DNA of 49,624 nucleotides from Verrucomicrobiota bacterium (GCA_027622665.1 JAQBYT010000033.1:1-49624); one strand, 5' to 3'; counted from the first letter of the stretch, positions 24,847-36,282 are shown. Notes: generated from the letters alone by a model not told the origin. Numbers and translations are program-made.

Positions 24847-26766
24847 TCAGTAGCTTCGGCCGTCCTTGTTCTCGTAGTAATTGAGAAATGCCTTGTGGAC
24901 TACCCGATATCCACCAGGGGTGGGATAGTCTCCAGTAAAATACCAGTCGCCCTTATGGTTGGGAAGCGCCAGATGGAGGCTCTCTATGGTTTGGAAGATA
25001 ATTTCCACCTCCACTTCCCAAGGTGACGATTCAGGGGTCAAGAGCTCGGCAATCTTGGATGAAATTTCCTCAGCGGTAAAATTCTCGTAGACGCGCTTGA
25101 CCTGATTGGTTTGTGCGTCCTTTTCATCGGCCAGGGATTTGCGGCAAGCTTCGGCCACTTCGTCGAGCAAGCCGTCGAATCCTCTTTCCTTGACCAGTGC
25201 AACGGCAGCCTGAAAGGCGACGAACTGTCCGAGTTCGGACATGTCTATGCCGTAACAATCCGGATAGCGTATCTGGGGTGCGGTGGAGGCCACGACAAGC
25301 TTGCGAGGGCATGCTCGGCTCAAGATTTTGAGGATGCTTTGCTTGAGGGTAGTTCCCCTGACGATGGAGTCGTCGATGCACACGAGGGCATCTTCTCCCT
25401 GGCGAACCACCCCATAAGTGATGTCGTATATGTGAGAAACCAACTGAGCCCTGCCCGACTCTTGGCTGATGAAGGTGCGGAGTTTGATGTCCTTGTTCGC
25501 GATTTTTTCTCCACGCGGCCAATTGTCCATTACCAGATCATCTATCATCTCAGGAGTAATCTCACCGTTCTTTGCGGCAAACCCGAGTTGATTCTTAACC
25601 TGCACGCGCCGGATGCGCCGGAGTTCGTCCATCAACCCATAGTAAGCACTCTCAGCCGTATTTGGAACGTAACTAAAAACGCTTTTGGAAAAGTCCATAC
25701 CGACGGAGTCCAGAACCCGTGTTGCGAGCAAGGCCCCGAGATGTTTGCGCTCGGCATAAATCTCGGGATCATTGCCCCGCGAAAAATAAATTCGCTCGAA
25801 GGAGCAACCAACGTGTGTGCCCGGGTCGTCCGCAAAACGCTCTGTCAAGATTTCCCCATTGGCGCGAACAATGACCACCGTTCCCGGCTCAATTTCCTCC
25901 ACTTCACTCGCATCCTTCTCGAAAACGGTCATGAGCGGAGCTCGTTCCGAGGCGAAAGCGACCACTTCATCGTCACGGACGAAGAAACCTGGACGAATTC
26001 CCAACGGGTCTCGCATAACGAAGGAATCGCCATTCCCGGCAATCCCGGCGATCACGTAACCGCCATCCCAATTCCGAGCCGCATCACGAAGGATGGATGA
26101 GAAGTCGAGACGTTCCCCGATCCATTTGGAAACCTCGGATCCGGCAATACCTTCGGACTCAGCTTGGGCAGTCAACTTATCGTTGGCCGCATCAAGATAA
26201 TAACCGGCCTCCTCCAAGATGGCTTGGGTGTCGGTGTCGAAAACCGGGTGCTGGCCACGTTCGACGAGGCTCGAGTTCAACTCGTCTCCGTTGGTAAGGT
26301 TGAAGTTGCCGGCAACCATAAGGTTCTTCGCCGGCCAATTGCTTTTGCGAAAGTAGGGATGACAGGAAGTGTCGCCATACCCTCCGGAAGTCCCGTAGCG
26401 AAGATGACCCAGAAGGATTTCACCACCGTAATCGAAGCGTTCCTTGACGGTTTCCGGAAATTCAGGATAAGCGTGCCCAGCGTCCAACAGCTTTTGATAT
26501 CGCTTCAACTGTCCGCCGAAAATTTTCGATAAAGCCTTCGAGCTGGTACTACGTTCACGAAACATGAAGGCTTCGCCGGCCGGAACGTTCAATTTCATGG
26601 AGCCGATACCTGCTCCGTCTTGCCCGCGATTGTGCTGCTTTTCCATGAGGAGAAATAGCTGATTGAAACCCCACAATGGCGTACCGTGGCGCTCAACGTA
26701 ATGGGCAAGAGGCTTTCGAAGCCGAATGAGGGCTATACCGCAATGATGTCCGATTTCGTCGCTCAT
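24847..26766 (-). CDS. purF: Amidophosphoribosyltransferase (long form)
   Basis: Short propeptide then CGIA; QHNRGQDGAG, GHLRYGT, CSFERIYFSR, PRPP-binding IDDSIVRGTT. Confidence 0.95.
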   Translation of the reverse strand: MSDEIGHHCGIALIRLRKPLAHYVERHGTPLWGFNQLFLLMEKQHNRGQDGAGIGSMKLNVPAGEAFMFRERSTSSKALSKIFGGQLKRYQKLLDAGHAYPEFPETVKERFDYGGEILLGHLRYGTSGGYGDTSCHPYFRKSNWPAKNLMVAGNFNLTNGDELNSSLVERGQHPVFDTDTQAILEEAGYYLDAANDKLTAQAESEGIAGSEVSKWIGERLDFSSILRDAARNWDGGYVIAGIAGNGDSFVMRDPLGIRPGFFVRDDEVVAFASERAPLMTVFEKDASEVEEIEPGTVVIVRANGEILTERFADDPGTHVGCSFERIYFSRGNDPEIYAERKHLGALLATRVLDSVGMDFSKSVFSYVPNTAESAYYGLMDELRRIRRVQVKNQLGFAAKNGEITPEMIDDLVMDNWPRGEKIANKDIKLRTFISQESGRAQLVSHIYDITYGVVRQGEDALVCIDDSIVRGTTLKQSILKILSRACPRKLVVASTAPQIRYPDCYGIDMSELGQFVAFQAAVALVKERGFDGLLDEVAEACRKSLADEKDAQTNQVKRVYENFTAEEISSKIAELLTPESSPWEVEVEIIFQTIESLHLALPNHKGDWYFTGDYPTPGGYRVVHKAFLNYYENKDGRSY

Positions 26767-26773
26767 GTCAGCC

Positions 26774-29107
26774 TCAAGCGTTATTCATGGCATGTGGAAT
26801 GGAATCCTGCCAAGTTTCGCGCAACACTTTCAAGTCTACGTCTAAAACGGTTTCTCCCCCCACAATCGCTTGGAAGCGACCATTTCGATTTACAGTTCCG
26901 ATCTCCTCGGCATCGACTCCGGTTTCCCTTGCCGCAGACAATACGTCCGAAACGGACTCCTGCTTCACCGCCAATACGGCTCTACCTTGGCTTTCTCCAA
27001 AAAGAAGAGCATCGAACCGGTTGGACGGGCCTCTCGATCCTAAATTAATGTCCACCCCGAGAGTCTTGTCGTCAAAAAGCATTTCGGCCACCGTAACGAG
27101 CAAGCCACCCTCCGAGACGTCATGGGCGGCGGATACGCAACCTGCTTGAATTTGGCTGATGAGCAAGTCCTGCAGGTTCTTTTCGGCCTGAAGATTAACT
27201 TCGGGAACCTTCCCCTCCTTCCGGCCATGGCGAGTTTGCATGAAATAACTGGCGCCTAACTCAAAGGGCAACCCACCGAGGAGAAGGAGGGTCTCGTCGC
27301 CGCCACTCACGAAACTTCGGGTAACGTCTTCACTTCTCTCGATGAGACCGACCATCGAGACGACGGGTGTGGGGTCGATGGCCCCGTCGCCATGCTCGTT
27401 GTAGAGGCTGACATTGCCTCCCACCACCGGCACGTCGAAGAACTTGCACGCCTCGGCCAAGCCCTTCACGCACTCGCTGAGCATGAAGTAGACTTCAGGC
27501 TTGTTCGGGTTTCCGAAATTCAAGTTGTCGGTCACGGCGAGGGCGCGAGCCCCCGAGCAAGCCAGATTCCGCATACACTCGACGAAGGCGATCTGAGCCC
27601 CCCGGTACGGATCGAGATAGCAGAAACGATTGTTGCAGTCGTTCGAGATCGCGATGCGCTTGTCGATCCCCGCGATGGCGAGGTGAACCACTCCCGCATC
27701 GCTCCCGGGAGCAACCGTGGTTCCCGCCATGACCATGTGGTCGTATTGTCGCCATATCCAATGCTTCGAAGCGATGGTAGGATGCCCAAGCAATTGCATG
27801 AAGGCGTCCTCCACTTCTTCCGCTTGCAAATCGTCGTACTTGTCCGGAGTCCAGTCGCGAGCGGCGGCGACATGTGCGGGTTCCTTCGAAGGCTGGTCAT
27901 AGATAGGCGCCTCGTCGGTCAATGACTTGGCTGGAATATCAGCCACCACCACGCCTTTGTGACGCACTACCATGCGGTCGCCTTCCTTGACCTCACCGAT
28001 CTGGGCGGCATGAAGGTCCCATTTCTCGAAAACTTCCTCCAACTCCTTCTCGCGTCCGCGATTAACGATCACCAGCATGCGCTCCTGGCTTTCCGAAAGC
28101 ATGATCTCATAGGAGTTCATGCCCTCCTCGCGCTGGGGGACGAGATCGAGGTCGATTTCAATGCCGGCGTCCCCGCGGGAAGCCGTCTCGCAAGAAGAAC
28201 AAGTCAACCCCGCCGCCCCCATATCCTGAATGCCGACGACCAAGTCGGGGATAACCATCATTTCCAGACAAGCTTCAAGCAAAAGCTTCTCCATGAACGG
28301 GTCGCCCTTTTGGACCGCAGGTCGATCCTCGGCGCTTTCCTCAGTCAGTTCACGGGAGGCGAAACTGGCCCCGCCCAGCCCGTCGCGACCGGTTCCGGGG
28401 CCTACGTAGTAAACGGGATTCCCAACACCCTTGGCGGCTCCACGCTTGATTTCTTCGTGACGCAGGATGCCTGCGCAAAGGGCGTTAACGAGCGGATTTC
28501 CCTCGTACGAGTCATCAAAATAAACATCACCGCCGACATTTGGGATACCGAGGCAGTTGCCGTAATGTGAGATGCCGTGCACCACCCCCCGAAAGAGACG
28601 GCGAACCTGAGGTGAATCCAAGGAACCAAAGCGTAAAGAATTCGTCAGGAGGACGGGCCTAGCCCCCATGGTGAAGATATCCCGCACAATTCCTCCCACA
28701 CCAGTGGCGGCTCCCTCGAAAGGCTCGATAGCACTGGGATGATTGTGAGACTCGATTTTGAAGCATACACCCCAACCATCGCCGATATCTATGACCCCCG
28801 CGTTTTCCTCGCCCGCCTTGACCAGCACTTGGCCGAGGGCACCCTTGTCAGCCTTTTCGGTCGGGAACAACCTGAGAAGCTTGCGAGTGTTCTTGTAAGA
28901 GCAATGCTCCGACCACATGACCGAAAAAATGCCCAACTCGGTCAGGTTAGGCACACGGCCCAAAATGTCCTTCGCTCGTTCGTATTCCTCGGGCAGCAGT
29001 CCGTGCTCGGCCACAAGCTCGGGCGTGATCTCGACGTTCAAGGTATCGTCCGGGTTCGGCGGCGGTACGGGACGGGCGGCAGGTCGATCGGTAGTTTTCA
29101 AACTCAT
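26774..29107 (-). CDS. purL: Phosphoribosylformylglycinamidine synthase subunit PurL
   Basis: [40 protein letters not shown]. Confidence 0.97.
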   Translation of the reverse strand: MSLKTTDRPAARPVPPPNPDDTLNVEITPELVAEHGLLPEEYERAKDILGRVPNLTELGIFSVMWSEHCSYKNTRKLLRLFPTEKADKGALGQVLVKAGEENAGVIDIGDGWGVCFKIESHNHPSAIEPFEGAATGVGGIVRDIFTMGARPVLLTNSLRFGSLDSPQVRRLFRGVVHGISHYGNCLGIPNVGGDVYFDDSYEGNPLVNALCAGILRHEEIKRGAAKGVGNPVYYVGPGTGRDGLGGASFASRELTEESAEDRPAVQKGDPFMEKLLLEACLEMMVIPDLVVGIQDMGAAGLTCSSCETASRGDAGIEIDLDLVPQREEGMNSYEIMLSESQERMLVIVNRGREKELEEVFEKWDLHAAQIGEVKEGDRMVVRHKGVVVADIPAKSLTDEAPIYDQPSKEPAHVAAARDWTPDKYDDLQAEEVEDAFMQLLGHPTIASKHWIWRQYDHMVMAGTTVAPGSDAGVVHLAIAGIDKRIAISNDCNNRFCYLDPYRGAQIAFVECMRNLACSGARALAVTDNLNFGNPNKPEVYFMLSECVKGLAEACKFFDVPVVGGNVSLYNEHGDGAIDPTPVVSMVGLIERSEDVTRSFVSGGDETLLLLGGLPFELGASYFMQTRHGRKEGKVPEVNLQAEKNLQDLLISQIQAGCVSAAHDVSEGGLLVTVAEMLFDDKTLGVDINLGSRGPSNRFDALLFGESQGRAVLAVKQESVSDVLSAARETGVDAEEIGTVNRNGRFQAIVGGETVLDVDLKVLRETWQDSIPHAMNNA

Positions 29108-29820
29108 GCCGATTCCATTGCTACGGGGGTTTCCTCCAGCAAAGGGGCCAAGAAGGCCCTCAGGACACCGATGCCGTCCAGGCCGGGATGAAAGGGTTCC
29201 ACCACCCGTTCGGGATGGGGCATCATGCCGAACACGTTCCCCGTTGCGTTGCGAACACCCGCGATGTCGTTCACGGAACCGTTCGGGTTACCGTGTCCGG
29301 GACCGTCCGCGGGATCTCCGGCGTATCGCAGGAGCACTTGTCCGTTCGCCTCCAGCTCGCTCAGGTCACCGGCATCCAGCCGGTAGTTGCCTTCGCCATG
29401 GGCGATGGGAAGATAAATCTTTTCGCCAAGGTTGACCTTGTTGAAGTTTTCGGTCGAATCCTCAGGTACAAGGCACTGGTTCAGGCAGCGAAACTCAATG
29501 CAATTGTTTCGAACCAAGGCGCCGGGAAGCAAACCCGCCTCGCACAGGATTTGAAAACCGTTGCATATACCGAAGACAGGGCCACCCTTTTCGGAAAAGC
29601 TCTTCAAGTCCTCCATGATCGGGGAAAACCTGGCGATGGCTCCGCAGCGCAGGTAATCGCCGAAGGAAAATCCTCCGGGCACGATCACAGCCTCGGTCTC
29701 AGCAGGAAGAGCCGACTTGTGCCAGACTCTTTCAGCAGGAAGCCCGATCACGTCGTTGATCGCATGCCACGCATCCCAATCGCAATTGGAACCGGGGAAC
29801 TGAATAATCGCTACTCGCAT
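29104..29820 (-). CDS. purQ: FGAM synthase glutaminase subunit PurQ
   Basis: [32 protein letters not shown]. Confidence 0.97.
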   Translation of the reverse strand: MRVAIIQFPGSNCDWDAWHAINDVIGLPAERVWHKSALPAETEAVIVPGGFSFGDYLRCGAIARFSPIMEDLKSFSEKGGPVFGICNGFQILCEAGLLPGALVRNNCIEFRCLNQCLVPEDSTENFNKVNLGEKIYLPIAHGEGNYRLDAGDLSELEANGQVLLRYAGDPADGPGHGNPNGSVNDIAGVRNATGNVFGMMPHPERVVEPFHPGLDGIGVLRAFLAPLLEETPVAMESA

Positions 29821-29857
29821 AGGTTACGGTAAATGGGTGAAATGCTTGAAGTGTAGT

Positions 29858-30694
29858 TCAACTTTTTTCCTTCTCGTAGTCCTCGTCGGTGAGGGCTTCC
29901 TCGACCACGAAGTTGGTGAGTTTCCCGATACCTTCGATCTCCACCGTCACCTCGTCACCCGACATCAGGAAGCGACGCGGATCTTGAGCCGAACCGACAC
30001 CCGACGGCGTACCCGTCAGAATAAGGGTCCCAGGCAGGAGAGTGGTGCTCCCGCTGAGAAAGGCGATCAGGGTGGGCACGTCGAAAATCAAGTCGTCGGT
30101 TCCCGATTCCTGCACCACGTCGTCGTTCAAGTAGGTTCGAAGCGTCAACTTGGAAGGATCGGGGATTTCATCGGTCGTCACCAGGCAAGGCCCCACCGGG
30201 CAGAAGGTGTCGAAAGTTTTGCCCCGGCAATACTGTCCCCCACCCTTTTCTTTTTGCCAGTCCCGAGCACTCACGTCGTTGGCGCAAACGTAGCCTAGCA
30301 CGTAGTCTAGAGCTTCCTCCTTGGTGACGTTCTTGCAAGGTCGACCGATCACGACTCCTAGCTCACCTTCGTAATCCACCATGTCGCTCCTCAGGAATCG
30401 CGGAAGCACGATGGGAGACCCGGGATCCTGTATGGCCGTGGCGGCCTTCATGAATATCATCGGGTGCTTGGGTGGTTTCTCACCCGACTCCTCAGCATGA
30501 GCCTTGTAATTGAGGCCCACGCAATAAATGCAGCGAAAGTCGACGGGGGAAAGAATCTTGCCCGGGTCGGCGGGATCGTCGGTGGCCGCGAAACCACCTT
30601 TTTCGTTTTGACGAATGACGAACATCAAGCCCTCGTCGTCAATACGACCGAAGCCAAGTTCGCCCTTTCGGTCCAGATAACGAATAATCTTCAC
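29858..30694 (-). CDS. Fumarylacetoacetate hydrolase family protein
   Basis: CVGLNY..HA.E, DYEGEL, NDVSARD, GKTFDTF.P.GP, TGTPSGVG. Confidence 0.94.
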   Translation of the reverse strand: MKIIRYLDRKGELGFGRIDDEGLMFVIRQNEKGGFAATDDPADPGKILSPVDFRCIYCVGLNYKAHAEESGEKPPKHPMIFMKAATAIQDPGSPIVLPRFLRSDMVDYEGELGVVIGRPCKNVTKEEALDYVLGYVCANDVSARDWQKEKGGGQYCRGKTFDTFCPVGPCLVTTDEIPDPSKLTLRTYLNDDVVQESGTDDLIFDVPTLIAFLSGSTTLLPGTLILTGTPSGVGSAQDPRRFLMSGDEVTVEIEGIGKLTNFVVEEALTDEDYEKEKS

Positions 30695-30703
30695 CGCGGG
30701 AAG

Positions 30704-30943
30704 CTAATCGATCTCATAGCGAAAGTCCTCGATGATCGGGTTGCTCAGCAGGCCGTCGCACAGCTCATCGAGTTTTTTGCGAGTGTCGGGGCCGTCTTCC
30801 CCGTCGATCTCAAAGGTGATCGTCTTACCGACTCTCACTCCTCGGGCAGAAGCATGCCCCAGACTTTTCATGGCGTGTTCCACGGCGGCCCCTTGGGGGT
30901 CCAATACCGTAGATTTGGGAGAAACAAATACTGTTACCTTCAC
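30704..30943 (-). CDS. purS: FGAM synthase subunit PurS
   Basis: VLDPQG.AV, VRVGK, LLSNPIIEDF; GTG start at 30943 gives 79 aa. Confidence 0.93.
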   Translation of the reverse strand: MKVTVFVSPKSTVLDPQGAAVEHAMKSLGHASARGVRVGKTITFEIDGEDGPDTRKKLDELCDGLLSNPIIEDFRYEID

Positions 30944-31016
30944 GGGCAACCCTAATGAGCGACCTTGGCCCACCCTTTCAAACCTTTTTTGCGCACAAGG
31001 CAAAAAAAATGTCGAC

Positions 31017-31979
31017 TTAGCCCTTCAAACGGTTACGCGGATGATAGGCGGCATGATCGTCCAAAAGCCGCTCTCCCTCAATGTGGGTGTAGATTTGCGT
31101 GGTCCCGATGTCGGCGTGACCAAGCATTTCCTGCACCGCTCGAATATCCGCGCCGCCCATCAACAAATGTGTGGCGAAGGAATGGCGCAATATATGGGGA
31201 GTAACGTTTTTCTCGATCCCCGCCCGCCGAGCATAATCCTTCACCAACACCCAGATCATCTTTCGGGAAATCCCCTTACCACGCATGCTGAGGAACAATT
31301 CGCCACCCGTTCCATCCTTCACCAGATGGGGGCGCCCGCCGTGCAAGTAGTTCCGAATGGCTTGGGCTGCCTGTCCGCCCACGGGCACAACCCGCTCCTT
31401 GGAGCCCTTCCCGAACACCCGGGCAAACCCCTCGTCACAATCGACCGAGGTCATAGGCAAAGTGCAAATTTCCGATACCCGCAGGCCACTTCCGTACATC
31501 AACTCGAAGATTGCCTTGTCTCGCTTGCCGAGAGGAACGTTCGTGTCGGGCGCCTCCAGAAACTTCTCCATTTCCTCGATCCCCAACATGTCGGGCAAAT
31601 GCCGATGCTTTCTCGGGTTGGACAAAAGCTCGGTGAAATCATCCTCGCGCAAATTCTCGGCCACGAGAAACCTAGCCATCATCCGAACGGCCGATAGCTT
31701 GCGAGCCAGGCTGGCCACGGCGTATCCGCCCCTAGTTAGGTCGGCGAGCCAGGCCGACACGTCCTCGCCGGCCGCCTTGCGCCAATCGCCCACCCCCCGT
31801 TCCCCAAGAAAACACGAACATTGCACGAGATCTTGCTCATAGGAGGTAACCGTATTGTCCGATAAACCCTTCTCCAGCTGTATGAAGACCAAAAAGGCGC
31901 TCAGATCTGGCTCAAAGGAAGGAGGGAGCTCAAGAGGTTCCGCTCCCTCGACGCGCTTCAAGCTGGTGACTCCTCCCAT
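31017..31979 (-). CDS. xerD: Site-specific tyrosine recombinase XerD
   Basis: EKGLSDNT..SY..DL, YGSGLRVSE, GKGSKER, PHILRHSFATHLL, MLGHADIGTTQIYTH. Confidence 0.9.
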   Translation of the reverse strand: MGGVTSLKRVEGAEPLELPPSFEPDLSAFLVFIQLEKGLSDNTVTSYEQDLVQCSCFLGERGVGDWRKAAGEDVSAWLADLTRGGYAVASLARKLSAVRMMARFLVAENLREDDFTELLSNPRKHRHLPDMLGIEEMEKFLEAPDTNVPLGKRDKAIFELMYGSGLRVSEICTLPMTSVDCDEGFARVFGKGSKERVVPVGGQAAQAIRNYLHGGRPHLVKDGTGGELFLSMRGKGISRKMIWVLVKDYARRAGIEKNVTPHILRHSFATHLLMGGADIRAVQEMLGHADIGTTQIYTHIEGERLLDDHAAYHPRNRLKG

Positions 31980-31989
31980 TACGCCAGCC

Positions 31990-32526
31990 CTAATCGGAAG
32001 GAGGTTGCACGGGCCTAATCTCGCCCGCGAAGATCTTGCGATATATACGATTCTTCGGGGTCTTCATCTTGCTCACGAGAAACCCCTGCTTCCGCAAGGC
32101 CTCGTAACCATAGCGATAACTGGCGGCAAGCCGGGGATAATTGAATACATTGGCCTTCGAAAGCATACCTTTCAACTTACCTAAGTAACCCGTGCCCATC
32201 TCGACATTCGTCTCCCAATTGAAGGCGAGGCGATAATTTTCATCAGTGACATCCTTCCAAGCACCCTCGGTCAATTGCATCATCCCGCGGGCCACCGAGG
32301 TCTCGGCATTGGCATCCAGGCTGCTCTCCGCATGGCAGATGGCGTATACGAAGGCAGGATCCAATCCATGCTTGCCCGCCTCCTTCATCACCTTCGACCA
32401 GACCTTCTCCGCAGGAATGAAATTCCTACCCCTATCGATCACTCCGCACGAAGAAACCAGCCCAAAAAGCAAACCGAGAAACCACCCCTGCCGCACCAAT
32501 AATCTCCGCCTCACCTCATCAATCAA
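31990..32526 (-). CDS. Lytic transglycosylase (SLT domain), probable lipoprotein
   Basis: AICHAESS, ARGMMQL, NVEMGTGYL; lipobox-like VSSC. Confidence 0.85.
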   Translation of the reverse strand: MIDEVRRRLLVRQGWFLGLLFGLVSSCGVIDRGRNFIPAEKVWSKVMKEAGKHGLDPAFVYAICHAESSLDANAETSVARGMMQLTEGAWKDVTDENYRLAFNWETNVEMGTGYLGKLKGMLSKANVFNYPRLAASYRYGYEALRKQGFLVSKMKTPKNRIYRKIFAGEIRPVQPPSD

Positions 32527-32619
32527 GCGCCACTTAAACGGACAGGCAAGATTTTTGGGTCAAAGACCTTGGAACAACTACGAAAATACGGAAAGTACTT
32601 CACAAAATCTACGGCCGGA

Positions 32620-34446
32620 CTATTGTCCTACCAACCAAGCCAAGACTAGAAAGCCCAACAGGAAGAGTATGCCGAATAGCGCGGTAAGGCCGATGGGGTG
32701 TATGCCGGTCGTCGCCTGTTGCTCGAGATCGGCCTCGGTTTCCTCATCCGATTTCCCGGGGTAGAACCCAAGCCTTTGCAGGGGTTGGGAAAGCAGCTTG
32801 GCCATGATGCACGGACCTTCTGCGGTGAAGGCGGAAAACTTACCCGCTATCCCGCCCACGAAGAAGGCGTGAGCCTTCTCGTTGAGACCGTTCCAGAAGG
32901 TGGCCATGGTACTCGAGAAGAGGCGACCTCCCTTACGGTAAAGAAAGTCCACATCGAGGTTTATCGACTTGAGCTCGGGAGGATATTGCTTCCAGAGATT
33001 CAGTAGAGTGAAAGCAAGAGCAGAGAAGACAAGAATCTCGGTCTGGGTTATGACGTGAGTGGCATCGTAAGGGTGATAGCCTGCAGCCCCACAAGGCAAC
33101 ATCGCGTAGAGCCAATCAGGGTTGCAACCGATAAAGATACACATGAAGGCGGCAAGACCCATGGCAAGTAGCATGTTTACGGGAGCTTCCTTGGGTCGGA
33201 GACCAGAATCATGGGCGAAAAAAGCAAAGAAGGGAATCTTTATACCTGCATGGTGGAACACACCCGCCGAAGCAAACAAAAGACAGAGCCAGACCACGTG
33301 GTGCCCGTGTGCGGCTGCCTCCGCCATAATTATAGACTTGCTCACGAAACCACTGAAGAGAGGAAACGCTGAAATGGAGGCTGCGCCTACGATGCAGAAG
33401 CCTGTGGTGAGGGGCATAGTCCGGTAAAGACCGCCCAACTCGGAACCCCGCATTTCACCAGTACGATGGAGGACGGCTCCCATACTCATAAAGAGCAGAC
33501 CCTTGAAAAGAACATCGTTGAAGGCATGGGCTAGAGAGCCGTCGATCGAAAGCTCGGTTCCGATTCCGATTCCGACCACCATGAAACCGATCTGGTTGAT
33601 CATGCTGTAGCCTAGCACACGCCGCAGGTCGTTCTCGATGACGGCGTAAAAGATCGGGAACATGGCCATGACGGCTCCGATCGTAATTAGGATTTCAGCC
33701 CCTGGAAAAAGTCTGGCGAGGACACAGATCGCCGCCTTGGTAGTGAAAGCCGACAGGAAGACCGCTCCTGTCGGGGTGGATTCGGGATATCCGTCGGTGA
33801 GCCAAACATGTAAGAAGGGGAAGGCGCACTTCACTCCGATCGCAAGGAGAATGAGCTGTGCTCCAGCGTCGCCGCTAGTGAGGAGGTCGGTTAGGGAAAC
33901 CAGGGCGAAGGGATCGGCATCCCCGGAAGCGTACCGAAAGGCGATTCCCGCGAGGAGAAGAAGACCAGAAAGGACATGAAAGAAGAGATAACGAAAGCCT
34001 GCCTGTTCCGAACGCTCGGTCTTTCGTCCCCAGATCTGAAAGACGGAGGTAACGGCCAAGGCTTCCCACCAAAGAAAAAGGGAGAGCAGGTCACCAGCGA
34101 AAGCAACCCCTACGGCGCTGGCGGCATAAAGCAACCCCATGGAAATTTGCCAAGGATCCTTGAGGTGAAAGGAGTATAACCCGCCGATGAAGGCGGCTAG
34201 ATGAAAGAGATAACCGAAAAGGATGGATTGCTTGTCTACGTTAACGGAAATAATCTCTTGACCGAAACATGAAACTACGGAGCTAGAACCGGCCTCCAAC
34301 AAGGATATCGTCCAAAGACCGAGCAGCGGAGCCGCAACCATGAAGACTCCTGCATATCGACCGCGAACAAAGATGGTAACAAGTCCACCGAGAAGGAGAG
34401 GAAGAGCGGGATGGGCAGCGATTTCGGATGCGGCAAGAAAACTCAT
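32620..34446 (-). CDS. Mrp antiporter MrpD/NuoL-like subunit
   Basis: Multi-TM; WWE, H.WL.DGYPESTPTG, FTTK, RRVLGYS..NQIG, HAF..VLFKGLLFM. Confidence 0.9.
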   Translation of the reverse strand: MSFLAASEIAAHPALPLLLGGLVTIFVRGRYAGVFMVAAPLLGLWTISLLEAGSSSVVSCFGQEIISVNVDKQSILFGYLFHLAAFIGGLYSFHLKDPWQISMGLLYAASAVGVAFAGDLLSLFLWWEALAVTSVFQIWGRKTERSEQAGFRYLFFHVLSGLLLLAGIAFRYASGDADPFALVSLTDLLTSGDAGAQLILLAIGVKCAFPFLHVWLTDGYPESTPTGAVFLSAFTTKAAICVLARLFPGAEILITIGAVMAMFPIFYAVIENDLRRVLGYSMINQIGFMVVGIGIGTELSIDGSLAHAFNDVLFKGLLFMSMGAVLHRTGEMRGSELGGLYRTMPLTTGFCIVGAASISAFPLFSGFVSKSIIMAEAAAHGHHVVWLCLLFASAGVFHHAGIKIPFFAFFAHDSGLRPKEAPVNMLLAMGLAAFMCIFIGCNPDWLYAMLPCGAAGYHPYDATHVITQTEILVFSALAFTLLNLWKQYPPELKSINLDVDFLYRKGGRLFSSTMATFWNGLNEKAHAFFVGGIAGKFSAFTAEGPCIMAKLLSQPLQRLGFYPGKSDEETEADLEQQATTGIHPIGLTALFGILFLLGFLVLAWLVGQ

Positions 34447-34450
34447 CAAA

Positions 34451-34762
34451 TTATTTCTCCCAGTAGTCCTCGTCTCTCATGAGCACACGTTGGCCGTTGA
34501 AAGCTCGGAGAGCCTTAGCTAGAAAAACCAGTACCGAGCAGGCTAGAAAACCATAGATGCCGTAAAAGGAGGGCAAGGTTTCGGAACTTCCCAGAAGGCT
34601 GCCGTCATGAAAGGCGGCATGCTTGTGCCAACCGATGCTGTGAACAACGTCGATCAAGATGATGAGGCCGCACAACCAATAGAAGCCGCGGATAAATGTC
34701 CTTACGTTGACGGGGTCGTCCAGCCAGCGCTTGGGTTCGTCTTTCGGTGGTTTCTTTGCCAT
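34451..34762 (-). CDS. Small two-TM membrane protein of the mrp operon
   Basis: WLDDP.NV, FYGIYGF..C..LV..AK, MRDEDYW; lies between two MrpD-like genes. Confidence 0.8.
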   Translation of the reverse strand: MAKKPPKDEPKRWLDDPVNVRTFIRGFYWLCGLIILIDVVHSIGWHKHAAFHDGSLLGSSETLPSFYGIYGFLACSVLVFLAKALRAFNGQRVLMRDEDYWEK

Positions 34763-34787
34763 GGCGTTTACTTCCTTCGTTGCGAAA

Positions 34788-36281
34788 TCAATTACCAAGA
34801 CCCGCTAAGCTTAGCAGGACGTCGGAGAAGAAGAACAAGCCGAAGCACCCGAGGGCTGTGCAGGTAAGGGGCACCACGCATTGCCAAGGGGCCTCTTTGA
34901 TACCGCCCTCCCCTTCTTCCTCATCGTCCTCGGTTCTGAAAAAGGCGCTGACGGCTACGGGGAGTAGGTAAAAGACGTTGAGCAGCGAACTGACCAAGAG
35001 CACGACGACGACCCAAACGTAGTCGCGGTCGAGGGCCCCGAGCAGGAGGTACCACTTGCTAATGAAACCACCCAGCGGCGGCAAACCGATCACGCTGAGA
35101 GAGCCGATTAGGAAAGCTCCCATGGTGAAGGGCATCTTGCGACCGAGTCCCCGGAGCTCGCTCACGCATTTCTTGCCCGAAGCAACAAGAATGGCTCCAG
35201 CGCAAAAGAACAGAGTAATCTTGCCGCAAGCGTGCATCGCGATGTGCACGACAGCTCCGCCCATGCCCTGCTTGGTGGCGAGGGTGGCCCCCAGAACGAC
35301 GTATCCGAGTTGCCCGATGGTGGAGAAGGCCAGACGCCTCTTCAGGTTGTCTTGGGAAAGAGCGATCAGGGAAGATATAAGTATAGTGGCGCAGGCGATC
35401 CACACCATGATTTGCTCCCCGTCCAGAGCTTGGAGAACTTCGATGCCGAAGACGTCGGAATAAACCCGAATGACGCAGAATACGCCCACCTTAACCACGG
35501 CCACAGCATGAAGCAGGGCGGAAACGGGAGTGGGTGCCACCATGGCGTTTGGTAACCACGAGTGGAAAGGCATGAGCCCCGCCTTGGCGAAACCGAAAGT
35601 AAAGAGCAGTAGCAGCACGATTTGCGTGGTGCCGGAAAATTGCTCGGACATTGAATTGCCGGCGAGAAAATCCATCGCTCCTTGTCCGCCGTCCAACCAA
35701 ACGTAACACCAACTGAGGGCGGGCAACAGCAAACAAAGGGAAGTGAAAAGAAGGTAACTGAGGTAGGTGCGACCACCTTTGCGGGCTTCCTTGTCCTGCA
35801 TGTGGGTGACCAGCGGGTAGGTTGAAACCGACAGCATCTCGTAGAAGAAGTAGATGGTGAGAAGGTTGGCCGAGAAGGCTACGCCCATGGTAGCGCAAAG
35901 GGATACACCGAAAAAGGAATAGAAACGAGTCTGGGCGTGCTCGTGCAACCCGCGCATATAGCCGATGGCGTAGAGCGAGGTGGCGATCCACAGCACCGAG
36001 GCCACCGCCGCGAAGATGAGTCCGAAACCATCGACCCGAAGGAGCATCGGAACATTGGTAAAGATTTGCCAAACGTGAAACTCCACCACGTTGCCCGCCA
36101 ATACAAGCGGAGCAAGCGATAGCACCACGCCGGCCTGCACGAGACCAGCAAGAAGAGTGAAGATTTCGCGCAGGTTCTTGCGTTTTTCACCCGCCCAAGC
36201 AATGGCAACTACAGCAACCATGGGGGTGAGCACCGCAATAAGCGGGCGCACATCGTTAACCACTGTCGGCTCGGCTAGCAT
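34788..36281 (-). CDS. Mrp antiporter MrpD-like subunit
   Basis: FFYEML, KAGLMPFHSWLPNAMVAPTPVSALLHAVAVVK, LKRRLAFST. Confidence 0.92.
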   Translation of the reverse strand: MLAEPTVVNDVRPLIAVLTPMVAVVAIAWAGEKRKNLREIFTLLAGLVQAGVVLSLAPLVLAGNVVEFHVWQIFTNVPMLLRVDGFGLIFAAVASVLWIATSLYAIGYMRGLHEHAQTRFYSFFGVSLCATMGVAFSANLLTIYFFYEMLSVSTYPLVTHMQDKEARKGGRTYLSYLLFTSLCLLLPALSWCYVWLDGGQGAMDFLAGNSMSEQFSGTTQIVLLLLFTFGFAKAGLMPFHSWLPNAMVAPTPVSALLHAVAVVKVGVFCVIRVYSDVFGIEVLQALDGEQIMVWIACATILISSLIALSQDNLKRRLAFSTIGQLGYVVLGATLATKQGMGGAVVHIAMHACGKITLFFCAGAILVASGKKCVSELRGLGRKMPFTMGAFLIGSLSVIGLPPLGGFISKWYLLLGALDRDYVWVVVVLLVSSLLNVFYLLPVAVSAFFRTEDDEEEGEGGIKEAPWQCVVPLTCTALGCFGLFFFSDVLLSLAGLGN

Positions 36282-36282
36282 A

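Noticed and set aside
31017..31979. Tyrosine recombinase as integrase for the TA array
   Set aside because: Typical housekeeping XerD in a core operon 25 kb away; no IntI-type insertion and no att site seen.
32576..32598. aactacgaaaatacggaaagtac as a third periodic repeat
   Set aside because: Too degenerate, single copy, in a core region.
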